A stretch of DNA of 64,000 nucleotides from an uncultured delta proteobacterium (GTDB lineage: Bacteria; Myxococcota_A; Polyangia; Fen-1088), in the NCBI GenBank assembly GCA_963755125.1, contig CAVWIP010000017.1, positions 384,001 through 448,000 of the forward strand, in the 5' to 3' direction. Both the position numbers and the translations under genes were made by a program. The notes under the pieces were generated by a model. That model ran no database searches. It worked only from the letters and a program-made list of their open reading frames with translations, and was not told where the DNA came from. Below, piece by piece: positions 18,986 through 28,484 of this stretch (the stretch's first letter is position 1; each line of letters opens with the position of its first letter).

Positions 18986-19894
18986 TCAACCTATCTCGAA
19001 GCGCAAGAGTTCATCGCCTAGTCGAATCATTTCTCCTGGGGAGAGGGCGTGTTGCCCGGTCAGGCGGACAAAGGTGCCGTTCGAGCTGCCCAGGTCGGAG
19101 AGGAGAGCAACGCCACCGCGGAACTGAAGCAGCGCGTGGCGGCGCGACATGAATTCATCGTCGGAGAAGACCATATCGCCTTGCTCGCGACCGATGACCA
19201 GATCGCTGCGGGTCAGGTGGAATACGTCACGGCTGGTCCCCGCCGAGGTGAGCTGACGCAGCCGTCCCCAGGGCGCCTTAAGCGGCGTGCCGAACAGGAC
19301 CACGCCGTGCTCGACGGCAGGACGCAGGGTCTTCTCGACGTCGGACAGAAACTCGAAGCGCATGACCTGCTTGCCCACCAGGATCAGGCTGCCGTCGGCC
19401 AATTCCACCGGTTGGCTGATGCGGCGGTAGACGCCGTTGCGGGTTTCCAGCGGCGTGAGCACGTGCTGGCCCGCGCGTAGGCTGATGCGGGCATGGCGTG
19501 GGGCGAGGTGCGGATCATCGAAGTGGAGATCGCCTTCACTGCGTCCGATGTCGACTTGCTCGCCGGGCAGTGGGTATGATTCGCCGTCACTGCCATCGGG
19601 TCGCACGGCCACCAGGCGTGGCCCGCCGGACCGACTGGCGGCCACGACCGACGGTCGGGCCACCACTGCCGCGGCCAGGGCAGCCGAGGCGTCCGCGTTC
19701 ATCGGGGTGGTGCGGCCGAGTCGGCGCCCGCAGGCGTGGCAGAAGTTGGTCCCCATCGGGTTCTGGTTCCCACACCCGGAGCAGACCAGCGATGAGTCGT
19801 CCGCGGGCGGCAGCCCCACGGGGGCGCCGCAGCGCTGGCAAAAGGCAGCGCCATCCGCGAGAGCCCCGCCACATTGGAGACAGCTAATGAGCAT
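18986..19894 (-). CDS. Double zinc ribbon plus two FHA domains
   Basis: CLQC/CQRC/CSGC/CHAC; IGRS...APRHA...NGVY; IGRE...SRRHA...DLGSSNGTF. Confidence 0.9.
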   Translation of the reverse strand: MLISCLQCGGALADGAAFCQRCGAPVGLPPADDSSLVCSGCGNQNPMGTNFCHACGRRLGRTTPMNADASAALAAAVVARPSVVAASRSGGPRLVAVRPDGSDGESYPLPGEQVDIGRSEGDLHFDDPHLAPRHARISLRAGQHVLTPLETRNGVYRRISQPVELADGSLILVGKQVMRFEFLSDVEKTLRPAVEHGVVLFGTPLKAPWGRLRQLTSAGTSRDVFHLTRSDLVIGREQGDMVFSDDEFMSRRHALLQFRGGVALLSDLGSSNGTFVRLTGQHALSPGEMIRLGDELLRFEIG

Positions 19895-20026
19895 CTTCCC
19901 TAGTCGTTGCTAGAAAGGGCCGGCGAACATTGCAAGGCAGCCCATCCTCTACTAGAAGGCGAGCGGGACGTTCACTGTCGAGACGGGCATGACACCCACC
20001 CATTCACCGTGCAGCAACTAATACCA

Positions 20027-21175
20027 ATGATTTCGGAGAGCGTCAAATGCGCGCGAGGCAGGCATCTGGCGAAATTGACCCTGGCTGGCTCGCTCGCTGT
20101 TCTGGTATCGTCGTGTGGCCCAGTGGTGGAGAGTGCGCCGTTTTCAGCGCGCCCGGATACGCTGCGGCCAGGCGACCTCCTCGGCCCCTACGACGGGTTG
20201 GTGGTCGACGGAGAAACCGAGCGGCCGCTGGCCGGGGCCGTGGTAGCAGGAGCATGGGCGTTCGAGCGTGGCATCGGCCTGCAGGGGCCGGCGGCCGCTC
20301 TCGAGGCCACTACCGAGACTGGCGCCGACGGACGCTATCGTCTTAGCATCCCCGAGGATCTGCCGCGGGGCGAGGGCGTTCGCCTCCGACGCTTCACCCT
20401 CATCGTCTACCGGCGGGGGTACGTAGGCTGGCGCAGCGACAGCAGCTTCCCGACCGGAGAGCCGCGCCACGACTTCGCCCAGCGTGCAAACCGCGTGCGT
20501 CTGGAAAAATGGCAGTCCTCTTTCTCCCACTATCGGCACCTGGTCTTTTTGGGCGGCGGCCCTGCCATCCGGACCGCGGCGGCTTGGGAGGTGCAGCCGG
20601 CAGGACTGGAGTTGGACGGCGCTTCGCCGGCAACCGCTTCTCGGCACCTGGCGGAAGACGCGCGGGTCGGATCTTCGGCTTCGCTCGACATCTCGCCGCT
20701 TCTGTCCGAGGACGAGGTGCGTGGCGTGACCGGGTACGCGGGCAAGTTCGAGGTGGGCAAGTTGGCTGACCGAGCCAGCAGCGACATCTATGACAGCCGA
20801 CACTTCAAGGCCAGCGACAAGCCCGAAACCTATGACGTCGGCCTGCGGGTGTGGGCCATCGGGTCGGAAGCCGTCGAGGCGCAGTTCAGAAAGCTGCTCG
20901 GCGAGTTGCCGGGCGCGGTTGCGACCGAGGAGATGGGAGACGCATCGCTGCGGGCCAGGGGCGGCGACGTCACGGGGTTCGCCTTCTTACTGCGCGATAA
21001 AGGGGTCGTGATGCAGCTGAGTTGCGGCCTTGCCCAGTGCTCTGAACCGTCGATGATCCTGCGCCTTGCCAAGCTGGCGGAGAGCCATTTGCCCGAGGTC
21101 AAACTCCCCTCGCCCGAGAGCACGGGGCTTCTGCCGCCGTCGGGCCCTTCGCTCGCGCCGGGAGGCAAGCCATGA
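20027..21175 (+). CDS. Putative lipoprotein with carboxypeptidase-regulatory-like domain
   Basis: LVSSC lipobox-like; GLVVDGETERPLAGAVV...TGADGRY; start uncertain. Confidence 0.6.
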   Translation: MISESVKCARGRHLAKLTLAGSLAVLVSSCGPVVESAPFSARPDTLRPGDLLGPYDGLVVDGETERPLAGAVVAGAWAFERGIGLQGPAAALEATTETGADGRYRLSIPEDLPRGEGVRLRRFTLIVYRRGYVGWRSDSSFPTGEPRHDFAQRANRVRLEKWQSSFSHYRHLVFLGGGPAIRTAAAWEVQPAGLELDGASPATASRHLAEDARVGSSASLDISPLLSEDEVRGVTGYAGKFEVGKLADRASSDIYDSRHFKASDKPETYDVGLRVWAIGSEAVEAQFRKLLGELPGAVATEEMGDASLRARGGDVTGFAFLLRDKGVVMQLSCGLAQCSEPSMILRLAKLAESHLPEVKLPSPESTGLLPPSGPSLAPGGKP

Positions 21176-22614
21176 GGCGCACAAACCTTGCGCGGGCCAG
21201 AGGCGCGACGCTCGTGTGCGCGGGCGCGCTGTTCATTCATGCAACCGCACGCGCGTATGAGCCGGCCACCACGCATGCGGGGCTGACCGCACGAGCGGTG
21301 GAAACGTCACGGCTTCACCATTTGCTCGCTCGCCTGGGGCGGCCGCTGGGACTGCTCGAGCCTTTGCGCATTGGTTTCGACCTGTTCGGCCGCGACGAGC
21401 GGCGAGCCTTGCAGGCGCGGCTCGACGCGCTCGACCCGGCAGGCGGTTACCGGCCCGGACCCGACGGCGTGGCGGGCGCGGCCCACTGGGTGGTGGCGGG
21501 TGCGGTGCTGGGCAAGACGCCGCCCGAGCGCGGTGCCGACCACTTTTTGGATCCGGCGACCGGGAAGGGCCTCTACGACGATCCGGGGCTGTCAGGTGTC
21601 GCCCACGGCGTGCGTCTGCTTTTTGACGGTGGCACCAGCGTGCGCGGGCTTGCCGCGGGCACCGCTTTCACCCTGAGCGGCAAGTCCGCGCTGGATTGGA
21701 TCGAGTCGCCCGACAACGATCTGGGACTTCCCGTCTTCTTCGACAACTGGGAGCGTGCGGTGAGCTTGGCTGAGCCGCGCGAGCGCGAGTCAGCGCTGGT
21801 GCGCGCTTTGCTGGCCATGGGTGGGGTGATGGCGGTGCTCGAGGACGCGGGGCAGCCGGCCTTCGTGCGCAATGACTTCCGGGGCGCGTTCCTGCAGCGG
21901 GACGATGGTTCGGCCTACGAACAGTTCGTGGCGGAGCACTACGGCCGCGCTGGGCTTCCTGCCGCGGCGGCGCCGGTGTCCCGGCCCGACATTACCAGTT
22001 TCTTCGCGTCCGCCGATGGGAAGGGACTCGCCAATCGCACTCAGCGTCGTTTCTTTTCCGAGGGCACGATTCCAGCCGACGTCTCACTCGAACGGAACAG
22101 CAAGGCCGCCGACGTGCTTCGCCGTGCGCGTGAATCTCTGGTGTTTCCCTCGCCCACGCTGTCCGGACTCGTGCTGAGACCAACGCAACACCGCCGCTAT
22201 TTGGCCCTGGAAGGCCATCGCGTGCTGGCCTACGAAAACAATGGCACCCAGGTTCGTTTTTTTCTCGATGACGCCGTCTATGCGGACATGGCGCGAACTC
22301 TCTTGCCTGAGGTCGCTGGCTACGCCGCGGGCCTGCTCAACCATCTTGTGCGCGCAAGCTTGGAGATGAGTGTCACGGGAAACAAGGTGACGGTGCGCCT
22401 GGACGGCGAGGTCAAGCAAGGCGGGGCGCTGCGCGTATTCGCCGAGGACGGGAGCGGGCGTCGGCGGGAGTTGCCCGGAGTCGCTGCGACCTTGGAGCCC
22501 GGCGGTGAGGTTGCGGTCGCCGTGCCGGTCGGGGCCAAGAAGCTGGCCGCGGTGCTGCGCGGGCGCGATGCCGGCGAGCCTTTCGTGGCGGCAGGCGAGG
22601 TGACGCTGCCGTGA
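21172..22614 (+). CDS. Secreted protein, possible degenerate phospholipase C/P1-nuclease-like helical fold
   Basis: Signal peptide then YEPATTHAGLT; DHF; MGGVMAVLEDAGQPAFVRNDF; ATGA overlap with upstream gene. Confidence 0.55.
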   Translation: MRRTNLARARGATLVCAGALFIHATARAYEPATTHAGLTARAVETSRLHHLLARLGRPLGLLEPLRIGFDLFGRDERRALQARLDALDPAGGYRPGPDGVAGAAHWVVAGAVLGKTPPERGADHFLDPATGKGLYDDPGLSGVAHGVRLLFDGGTSVRGLAAGTAFTLSGKSALDWIESPDNDLGLPVFFDNWERAVSLAEPRERESALVRALLAMGGVMAVLEDAGQPAFVRNDFRGAFLQRDDGSAYEQFVAEHYGRAGLPAAAAPVSRPDITSFFASADGKGLANRTQRRFFSEGTIPADVSLERNSKAADVLRRARESLVFPSPTLSGLVLRPTQHRRYLALEGHRVLAYENNGTQVRFFLDDAVYADMARTLLPEVAGYAAGLLNHLVRASLEMSVTGNKVTVRLDGEVKQGGALRVFAEDGSGRRRELPGVAATLEPGGEVAVAVPVGAKKLAAVLRGRDAGEPFVAAGEVTLP

Positions 22615-22671
22615 AGATGAACGAGCGATCTCGTCCACCTGTCTGAACAAGACCTGATAAATTCCGGCGCC

Positions 22672-24168
22672 ATGAATTGGCTTCGGAATCTCTGGCGACG
22701 GCTGGACTTACCGGCGATCGGTCTGGCCATCGCGTTCGCGCTGGTGGCACTGGTCCATCTCTTCCGGAACGGCCAGGGCCTGGCCGCGAAAGAACTGAGC
22801 CTCGACGAGGCGGGCACTTGGGGAATCGCGGCGCAGTCCTTCTGGCGAAACTGCACCCTGCCCACGGAATTCCATTCACAGCCACCGCTGTACTATTTCC
22901 TGCTCCACTTCCTCGTGAAGTTTGGCGAATCCGAGCTGTACATGCGCTCCATTTCCTGGCTCTTCTGCCTCGGCGTCGTCGGCTTCGCGATCTTCGGACT
23001 GCGCGAGATCAACCCGCTGTCGCGGGTTTTGCTTGCGGTGATCTTCGTCCTCAACAACCTAACCAACTGGATTTCCCGCAACGTGCGACCCTACGCCATG
23101 GCGGCACTGGCCGGCTTCCTCTCGTTGGTCTTCTTCGTTCGTCTTATCGCCGAGCCTTCACGGAAACGAGCCACCGCCTACACTGCGGCGACGACCGTTG
23201 TGCTCTGGGTGACACCGCTCGCGGTCTGGACGTTCGCTGCGCAGATCCTCTATGCGCTGGTGCTCGTCGGCGTGCACCTGCCACGTCACGGTTTTCGCGC
23301 GACGATCGAACGCTACCGCCTGGTGGCCGCTTCCATGCTGGCCACGGGCTTTCTCTACCTTCCCTACTTCGTGATGGCCGTTCACTATCAACTCGCGCCG
23401 GGCCCCGGCCTGGGTCCGGCCCTGCACGCGGCGCTGAGCTGGCAGAATCTTCGTGGCGTGTTCGAATCATTCTTGCTGGTGGGCCTACCCTTTTCCCTTG
23501 CGCTTCTGGGTCTGATCTTGCTGGCGGTCGTCGCTGAACTGGCGGCGCGACGAGCGGCGGTCCTGCTTTGGCTCATGGTCGCAGTCGGACACGTTGGATT
23601 CGCCTACGGCTTCCTGTTGGGACGAACCGGAGTTTTCTACCATTACATGACTCCGGCCTTTCCCGCCTTCTGTTTTCTGGTGGCGCTAGGCTTTCACCAC
23701 CTCAGCCAGGGCGCCAGTCGACACGCCTTCAAGGTCGCGGTGACAGTTGTTTTTCTGCTCGCCTTGACCTACTTCGGTGAGTTCCGCGCTTCGGTTGCGG
23801 CGCCCATGCCCGACCATGGCTGGCGCCGCGTTCGCGCGGCACTGGCCGCCATTCCCGGGCAAAAGGTGATCTTTTTCGATACCGGCTACGATGGACAGTT
23901 TCTCGAGTACTACGCGCGCAAGGATCACGATCTGGTTTTTGCCACGATGAAGGGCACCGGGTGGTCTTCCGGCGGCGCCGGCTTCCTTCAACCGAGCTAC
24001 GTGCAAGGCGTGATCCGCGAACACGGGACCAAACCGGTCTGCTACCTGTACCGTGTGGACGAGGGGCCGCGCAGCCAGTACCGATCGACTTTCGTGCCGG
24101 CGGTCAAGACCCTTGGATACGTGGAGATGCCCGGGATCGAGGGCATCCACCGCTACTGTCGCCCCTAG
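22672..24168 (+). CDS. GT-C fold (GT39/PMT-like) membrane glycosyltransferase
   Basis: LSLDEA, HSQPPLYYFLLH, RPYAM, multiple TM helices. Confidence 0.75.
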   Translation: MNWLRNLWRRLDLPAIGLAIAFALVALVHLFRNGQGLAAKELSLDEAGTWGIAAQSFWRNCTLPTEFHSQPPLYYFLLHFLVKFGESELYMRSISWLFCLGVVGFAIFGLREINPLSRVLLAVIFVLNNLTNWISRNVRPYAMAALAGFLSLVFFVRLIAEPSRKRATAYTAATTVVLWVTPLAVWTFAAQILYALVLVGVHLPRHGFRATIERYRLVAASMLATGFLYLPYFVMAVHYQLAPGPGLGPALHAALSWQNLRGVFESFLLVGLPFSLALLGLILLAVVAELAARRAAVLLWLMVAVGHVGFAYGFLLGRTGVFYHYMTPAFPAFCFLVALGFHHLSQGASRHAFKVAVTVVFLLALTYFGEFRASVAAPMPDHGWRRVRAALAAIPGQKVIFFDTGYDGQFLEYYARKDHDLVFATMKGTGWSSGGAGFLQPSYVQGVIREHGTKPVCYLYRVDEGPRSQYRSTFVPAVKTLGYVEMPGIEGIHRYCRP

Positions 24169-24169
24169 A

Positions 24170-26008
24170 CTAGCGTTGCAATACGTTGTCCGAGACGCTT
24201 GCGCCGCCGGCTTCCAGCTTGCCCGCCAGGCGAGACGGCGTGCGGGTGGCGATGAAGCGCCCTTTGCCCTTGCCCTTGCTTTGCCAGGCCAGCAGGGTCT
24301 CAGCACGCAGTTCACCAGCCGATCCCAGAGTAGGCTCTGCGATCTCCATGATCCGGATGCTCCCATCCGTCTGGGTGACGGCATGGACGAGAACGTCGAG
24401 AGTCGATCCGAGCAGGTCATTCGGTGTCGAAGCGGGACCGTAGGCCGTGCCCATCACCCGCAGCCGGTAGAGGGCATCATTCGCCGATCGGGCGGTCAAC
24501 GCGGCCAGAGCGCCGTTCTGGCCCTGAGCACATTCTCGCAGCAAGTCGCCCAAGAGCACGGACGCGGCCGCGTCGGCCACGACGTAGTCGGGTCGCAGCG
24601 CCACCGCCGCAGCGACCAGATCTGGGCTGCGGGCTGCGACCGGCAGCTTCAGCCAGGCCGATGCACTGGCAGGCGCGCTGATGGTCTCGGCCAAGATCAC
24701 CACGCGTGCCACGCGATCGAGCGACCAGGCCAAGGTGCCCAGCAGCAGGTCGCAAGCCTGACGGTCGCCTGCGATAAGCAGGTTCTGTCGCGTGCTCACG
24801 CACGCTTCGAGGACTTGCTGCATCTCGGGCGAGATGCTTCCGTCGTCCGCCAGCTCTTCCAGCGTCTTGCGGTCGACGTTGGGCCGCCGGATCGAGGCGT
24901 GCAGACGCTCGCACAGCGGGGGGAAGAGGGCCGTGATGTGCGTGCCGTCAGCCAGGGTGGTATCGATGACCGGCGCATCGGGCTCCGGCCGCGGCACGCC
25001 CTTGGCCGCCAGCTTGCGCAGATGGTCCGCCAGCGCAGCCAGGTCGGCGGAAGCCACAACGGCCGGCTCTCGATGACCGTTGCGCTCAACTTCCACTGAC
25101 TGGGTGCCGACGAAGAACGCCGCGGTCGTGCCCTCGCCGCTCAGCAGGCGAGCCAGCCAGGGTAGAAAGTCTCCGCTCACCGGAGCATGGGCCGGGGGAG
25201 GCATGGCCGGGGCATGCGGGGCCGGCGGGGATGCGGCGGGGGGCACGGGCACCGGCGCTGACGGCGACGCTGGCGCCATGGGGTGCTCAAGTTCCTGAAG
25301 CGGCTGGGGCGCTGATGTGCCCCGCGGTGTGGTGAGGGGTTCATCGGGCGAAGGCGACGGGATGGGAACCGGCGGCTTGAGCGGCGGAAGGTTCAGATGT
25401 GGTGCGGGGCTGAGGCTATCGTCGTCGTCCAGGCTTATTTCCGTCGGCAGCGGAGGCGCAAGAAATGCGTCCACGGCAACCGGCATAGAGTTACTCTCTC
25501 GCTTTGGGGGGGGCGGGGGTGGCGGTGACATATGGGGCGAGGATCCGCGCGCGGGCAGGGGGCCAGAATCCTCATTGGCCTCGTGCTGGGCCGCGGGCCG
25601 TGGGGGCGGGGGCGGCGGTGGTGGCCGCCGAGGCAAGGCGGTGCTGAGCGAGCCCGCTTCGGGCACCGAAGCCACGTACGCCGGCGGCGCGACGCCGGGT
25701 TGTGAGTCGGCTGTGGCGAGCCCGCCGGCGACGCGAATGACGAAATCTCCGACGAACACCTTGTCGGTTGTGGAGATGGAAGTGGCCTCCGCGATCTTGC
25801 GGCCATTCACATAGGTCCCGTTGGTGCTGCCCAAATCCTCGACCACGAGCTGGCCGTTCTGAAGCAGCAGGCGGCAGTGGTGCTTGGACACGTTGCCCTT
25901 GGGAAGCACGATGTCGTTGTCCCGCACCCGTCCGACCCGGATTTCCGTCTTGTCGAAGCTGAGCTCCTTGGAGTCTCCGCCTTTCTCGGCCAGCGTCAGG
26001 ATCAGCAT
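24170..26008 (-). CDS. FHA domain, Pro-rich linker and degenerate CpaF/VirB11-like ATPase domain
   Basis: VGRVRDNDIVLPKGNVSKHH...DLGSTNGTYVNG; DTTLADGTHI, SIRR, TLEELADDGSIS, NLLIAG, LRPD. Confidence 0.8.
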   Translation of the reverse strand: MLILTLAEKGGDSKELSFDKTEIRVGRVRDNDIVLPKGNVSKHHCRLLLQNGQLVVEDLGSTNGTYVNGRKIAEATSISTTDKVFVGDFVIRVAGGLATADSQPGVAPPAYVASVPEAGSLSTALPRRPPPPPPPPRPAAQHEANEDSGPLPARGSSPHMSPPPPPPPKRESNSMPVAVDAFLAPPLPTEISLDDDDSLSPAPHLNLPPLKPPVPIPSPSPDEPLTTPRGTSAPQPLQELEHPMAPASPSAPVPVPPAASPPAPHAPAMPPPAHAPVSGDFLPWLARLLSGEGTTAAFFVGTQSVEVERNGHREPAVVASADLAALADHLRKLAAKGVPRPEPDAPVIDTTLADGTHITALFPPLCERLHASIRRPNVDRKTLEELADDGSISPEMQQVLEACVSTRQNLLIAGDRQACDLLLGTLAWSLDRVARVVILAETISAPASASAWLKLPVAARSPDLVAAAVALRPDYVVADAAASVLLGDLLRECAQGQNGALAALTARSANDALYRLRVMGTAYGPASTPNDLLGSTLDVLVHAVTQTDGSIRIMEIAEPTLGSAGELRAETLLAWQSKGKGKGRFIATRTPSRLAGKLEAGGASVSDNVLQR

Positions 26009-26147
26009 GGCATCACGCTAAGCAAAAATGCGCCCCTTGTCCACGCCGTCGTGGCATTGGCAACTACCACGGCGGCCCGGTCTGTGGTGGAATGGAAGCC
26101 GGCTCGCAACGGAAGCAAGTAGCAACTACCCAGATGGAGGCGTGACC

Positions 26148-26741
26148 ATGCAGATCCAGAGAGCAGCGGCTTTGGCCGGAATGTTGACTGTGGCAATCAG
26201 CCTCGCAGGTCGCGTCGGCGCGGACGGAACAAAACCAAAGTATTACTTCACTATAAGTAACATAACTTCAGAAGATACAACGATTATTCCTTTGGCGAAA
26301 GAACTCTTGGCCAAAGAGATTTCGAGCCGGTCCGAGTTCACCCAGGACCTGGGCGGCGCCGAGGGCGAGGCCGCCGCGGCTGCAGAGATGCGGAAGCGGG
26401 GGCTGCAGGGTTTTCAGGTGAACCTGCGCATCATGAGCTTGAAGAAGGAGATCAAGCCGCCGACGCCAGGCCGGCGCGACAGGCAGATGGCCATTCAGGT
26501 AAAGCTCGGTGTGTACGGCACGACCTACCCTGGGGGCAAGCTCAACTTCACTGGCGATGGCGAGGCTTCGCTGACCGGCGATTTTTCAGAGCGCCGAATG
26601 GACAGCGATATCGAGGATCTGACGAAGATGGCCTTTGCCAGTGCGCTCAAGCAGGCTGTCAGCACGGCGGTAGCCAAGATGACCACGGCCACTCTGCCAG
26701 ATTCTCCTCGCCGCAAGGGCAAGAAGCACAAGCCCCAATAG
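26148..26741 (+). CDS. Hypothetical secreted protein
   Basis: GGAGG RBS at 26136-26140; signal-peptide-like N-terminus. Confidence 0.6.
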   Translation: MQIQRAAALAGMLTVAISLAGRVGADGTKPKYYFTISNITSEDTTIIPLAKELLAKEISSRSEFTQDLGGAEGEAAAAAEMRKRGLQGFQVNLRIMSLKKEIKPPTPGRRDRQMAIQVKLGVYGTTYPGGKLNFTGDGEASLTGDFSERRMDSDIEDLTKMAFASALKQAVSTAVAKMTTATLPDSPRRKGKKHKPQ

Positions 26742-26767
26742 AACTATTCGCTAAACTGTTTTCCGCT

Positions 26768-27508
26768 ATGCGTTTCCATCGGCAAGGCTTTCAAGCCCAC
26801 GTAATCCTCACGCTTTTGCTTCTGCTCGGCGCTTGCAAGAAGGGCACACCGCCGGCGCCGCCCCCCACGGCGCAGGCTGAGTTGCCGCCGTTCGAGGTGA
26901 GCAAGGATTCGGCCCTGCTCTTCATCCACGTTGAGCCCAACGGGAACTTCGCCACTACCGACAAGGCTGATTCGGTGCCCGAGGTTGCCCGGCGCCTGGT
27001 GCGGGTCATCGACCCAGCCAAGGGTGCAGCCGAGAGGCGTGACACCTCAAGCGTCTACGTCGTCGACCTGCGTGAGTTGCTTGGCAACGGCAAGGCGCGG
27101 GCACGCACCATGTCTCGCGAGGCCTTCGAGACCGGCGCGCTGGCGCAGTTGCCGCCAGGGGATTCCAGTGCCCTGGCCGGACCGCATGGTCCTGCCTTGC
27201 CCGAGGAGCCCGAGCAGGCCGCTTCGGACGCTGGGATCGCAGGTCAAGGCGGCCCGCCGGTGGTCATCCTCTACGGGACACCGTGGTGCGGGGCGTGCAA
27301 GGCGGCACGCCAGTACCTGAGTTCCAAGCACATCCCCTTCGCCTACAAGGACATCGAAAACGATCAGTCCGCTGCGCGCGAGCTGCAACAGAAGGCCTCG
27401 CGCCTGGGAATTCCGGCGGATCGGGTACCCATCCTCGACGTGCGCGGACGCCTGCTGGTCGGATTCGACCGGACGCGCCTGGAGGCGCTGCTGGGCGATG
27501 CGACCTAG
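26768..27508 (+). CDS. Lipoprotein with C-terminal glutaredoxin/NrdH-like domain
   Basis: LLGAC lipobox; YGTPWCGACKAARQYL...VPILDVRGRLLVGF. Confidence 0.85.
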   Translation: MRFHRQGFQAHVILTLLLLLGACKKGTPPAPPPTAQAELPPFEVSKDSALLFIHVEPNGNFATTDKADSVPEVARRLVRVIDPAKGAAERRDTSSVYVVDLRELLGNGKARARTMSREAFETGALAQLPPGDSSALAGPHGPALPEEPEQAASDAGIAGQGGPPVVILYGTPWCGACKAARQYLSSKHIPFAYKDIENDQSAARELQQKASRLGIPADRVPILDVRGRLLVGFDRTRLEALLGDAT

Positions 27509-27522
27509 AGGCCGCTGGGCAG

Positions 27523-27547
27523 AGCGAACCCCTTTTAGGGTTCCCAT
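27523..27547. repeat. Third copy of the dispersed palindromic repeat
   Basis: AGCGAACCCCTTTTAGGGTTCCCAT here versus AGCGAACCCTTTGAGGGTTCCCAT at 13231-13254. Confidence 0.7.
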
Positions 27548-27600
27548 ATCAGCCGTCGGGCGCCGACTTCGGCGGCATAACCTGGTAGTGTTCCTGCTGC

Positions 27601-28476
27601 GTGGATTCTAAAGTTCCGTTTCCTCGTCTGGCCCTCATCGGTGTCGGCTACATCGGCGGCTCCGCTGCCCTGGCCGCGCGCCGAACTGGACTGGTCGGTT
27701 CCGTGACGGGCTACGATGTGGACGCCAGGTCTGGGCCAGCGGCTCTTGCGCGCGGTGTGGTCGACGATATGGCGGGCAGTGCCGAAGCCGCGGTGGCGGG
27801 AGCGTCGCTGGTCTTGTTGGCCGCACCGGTACTAAGCCTGGCTGGCCTGCTTCGTCGCATCGGTGGGAGCCTAGCGCCCACGGCTACGATCATCGACGTC
27901 GGCAGCGTCAAGCAATCGGTCGTGCAGGAAGCCGATGCGACGGCTCTGGGTGGGCGATTCGTGGGTTGCCACCCCATGGCCGGGGCCGAGCATGCGGGCG
28001 TGGACGCCGCCGATCCCGAGATATTCGCGGGGCGGGTGTGTTTCCTGTGCCCGAGTGCGCGGAGCAGTGCCGAGGCCAAACGGGTGGCGGCGCAGTTCTG
28101 GCAGGAGATGGGCTGCCAGGTGGTGTCCATCGAGCCGTCGCTGCACGACCGCCTGATGGCGGCGGTGAGCCACTTGCCCCATGTGGCCGCCTTCGCTTTG
28201 GCCGCCAGCCTGAGCGACGCGCTTCCGTTCATCGAGTCGAATGCCTTGCCGGGAAGGCCAACCACCAGCTTGCGCGACACGATTCGCGTCGCCGCGTCCA
28301 GCCCGCAGGTGTGGCGGGACATTCTCATCGCGAACCGGGAGCATCTGCTGCCGCTGGTGCGCGAGTTGGAGCAACGGGTGTGCAGCATCGGCGCAGCCAT
28401 GGAGGCGGGAGATGCAGCCGCGTTGGAGGCGGCGTTGGCTCTCGGGCAGGCATGCCGCCAGCGGCTGGTGAAGTGA
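27601..28476 (+). CDS. tyrA: Prephenate/arogenate dehydrogenase
   Basis: IGVGYIGGS, DVGSVK, GCHPMAGAE, HDRLMAAVSHLPH, SLRDTIRVAASSPQVWRDI. Confidence 0.93.
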   Translation: MDSKVPFPRLALIGVGYIGGSAALAARRTGLVGSVTGYDVDARSGPAALARGVVDDMAGSAEAAVAGASLVLLAAPVLSLAGLLRRIGGSLAPTATIIDVGSVKQSVVQEADATALGGRFVGCHPMAGAEHAGVDAADPEIFAGRVCFLCPSARSSAEAKRVAAQFWQEMGCQVVSIEPSLHDRLMAAVSHLPHVAAFALAASLSDALPFIESNALPGRPTTSLRDTIRVAASSPQVWRDILIANREHLLPLVRELEQRVCSIGAAMEAGDAAALEAALALGQACRQRLVK

Positions 28477-28484
28477 GCGCGGTT

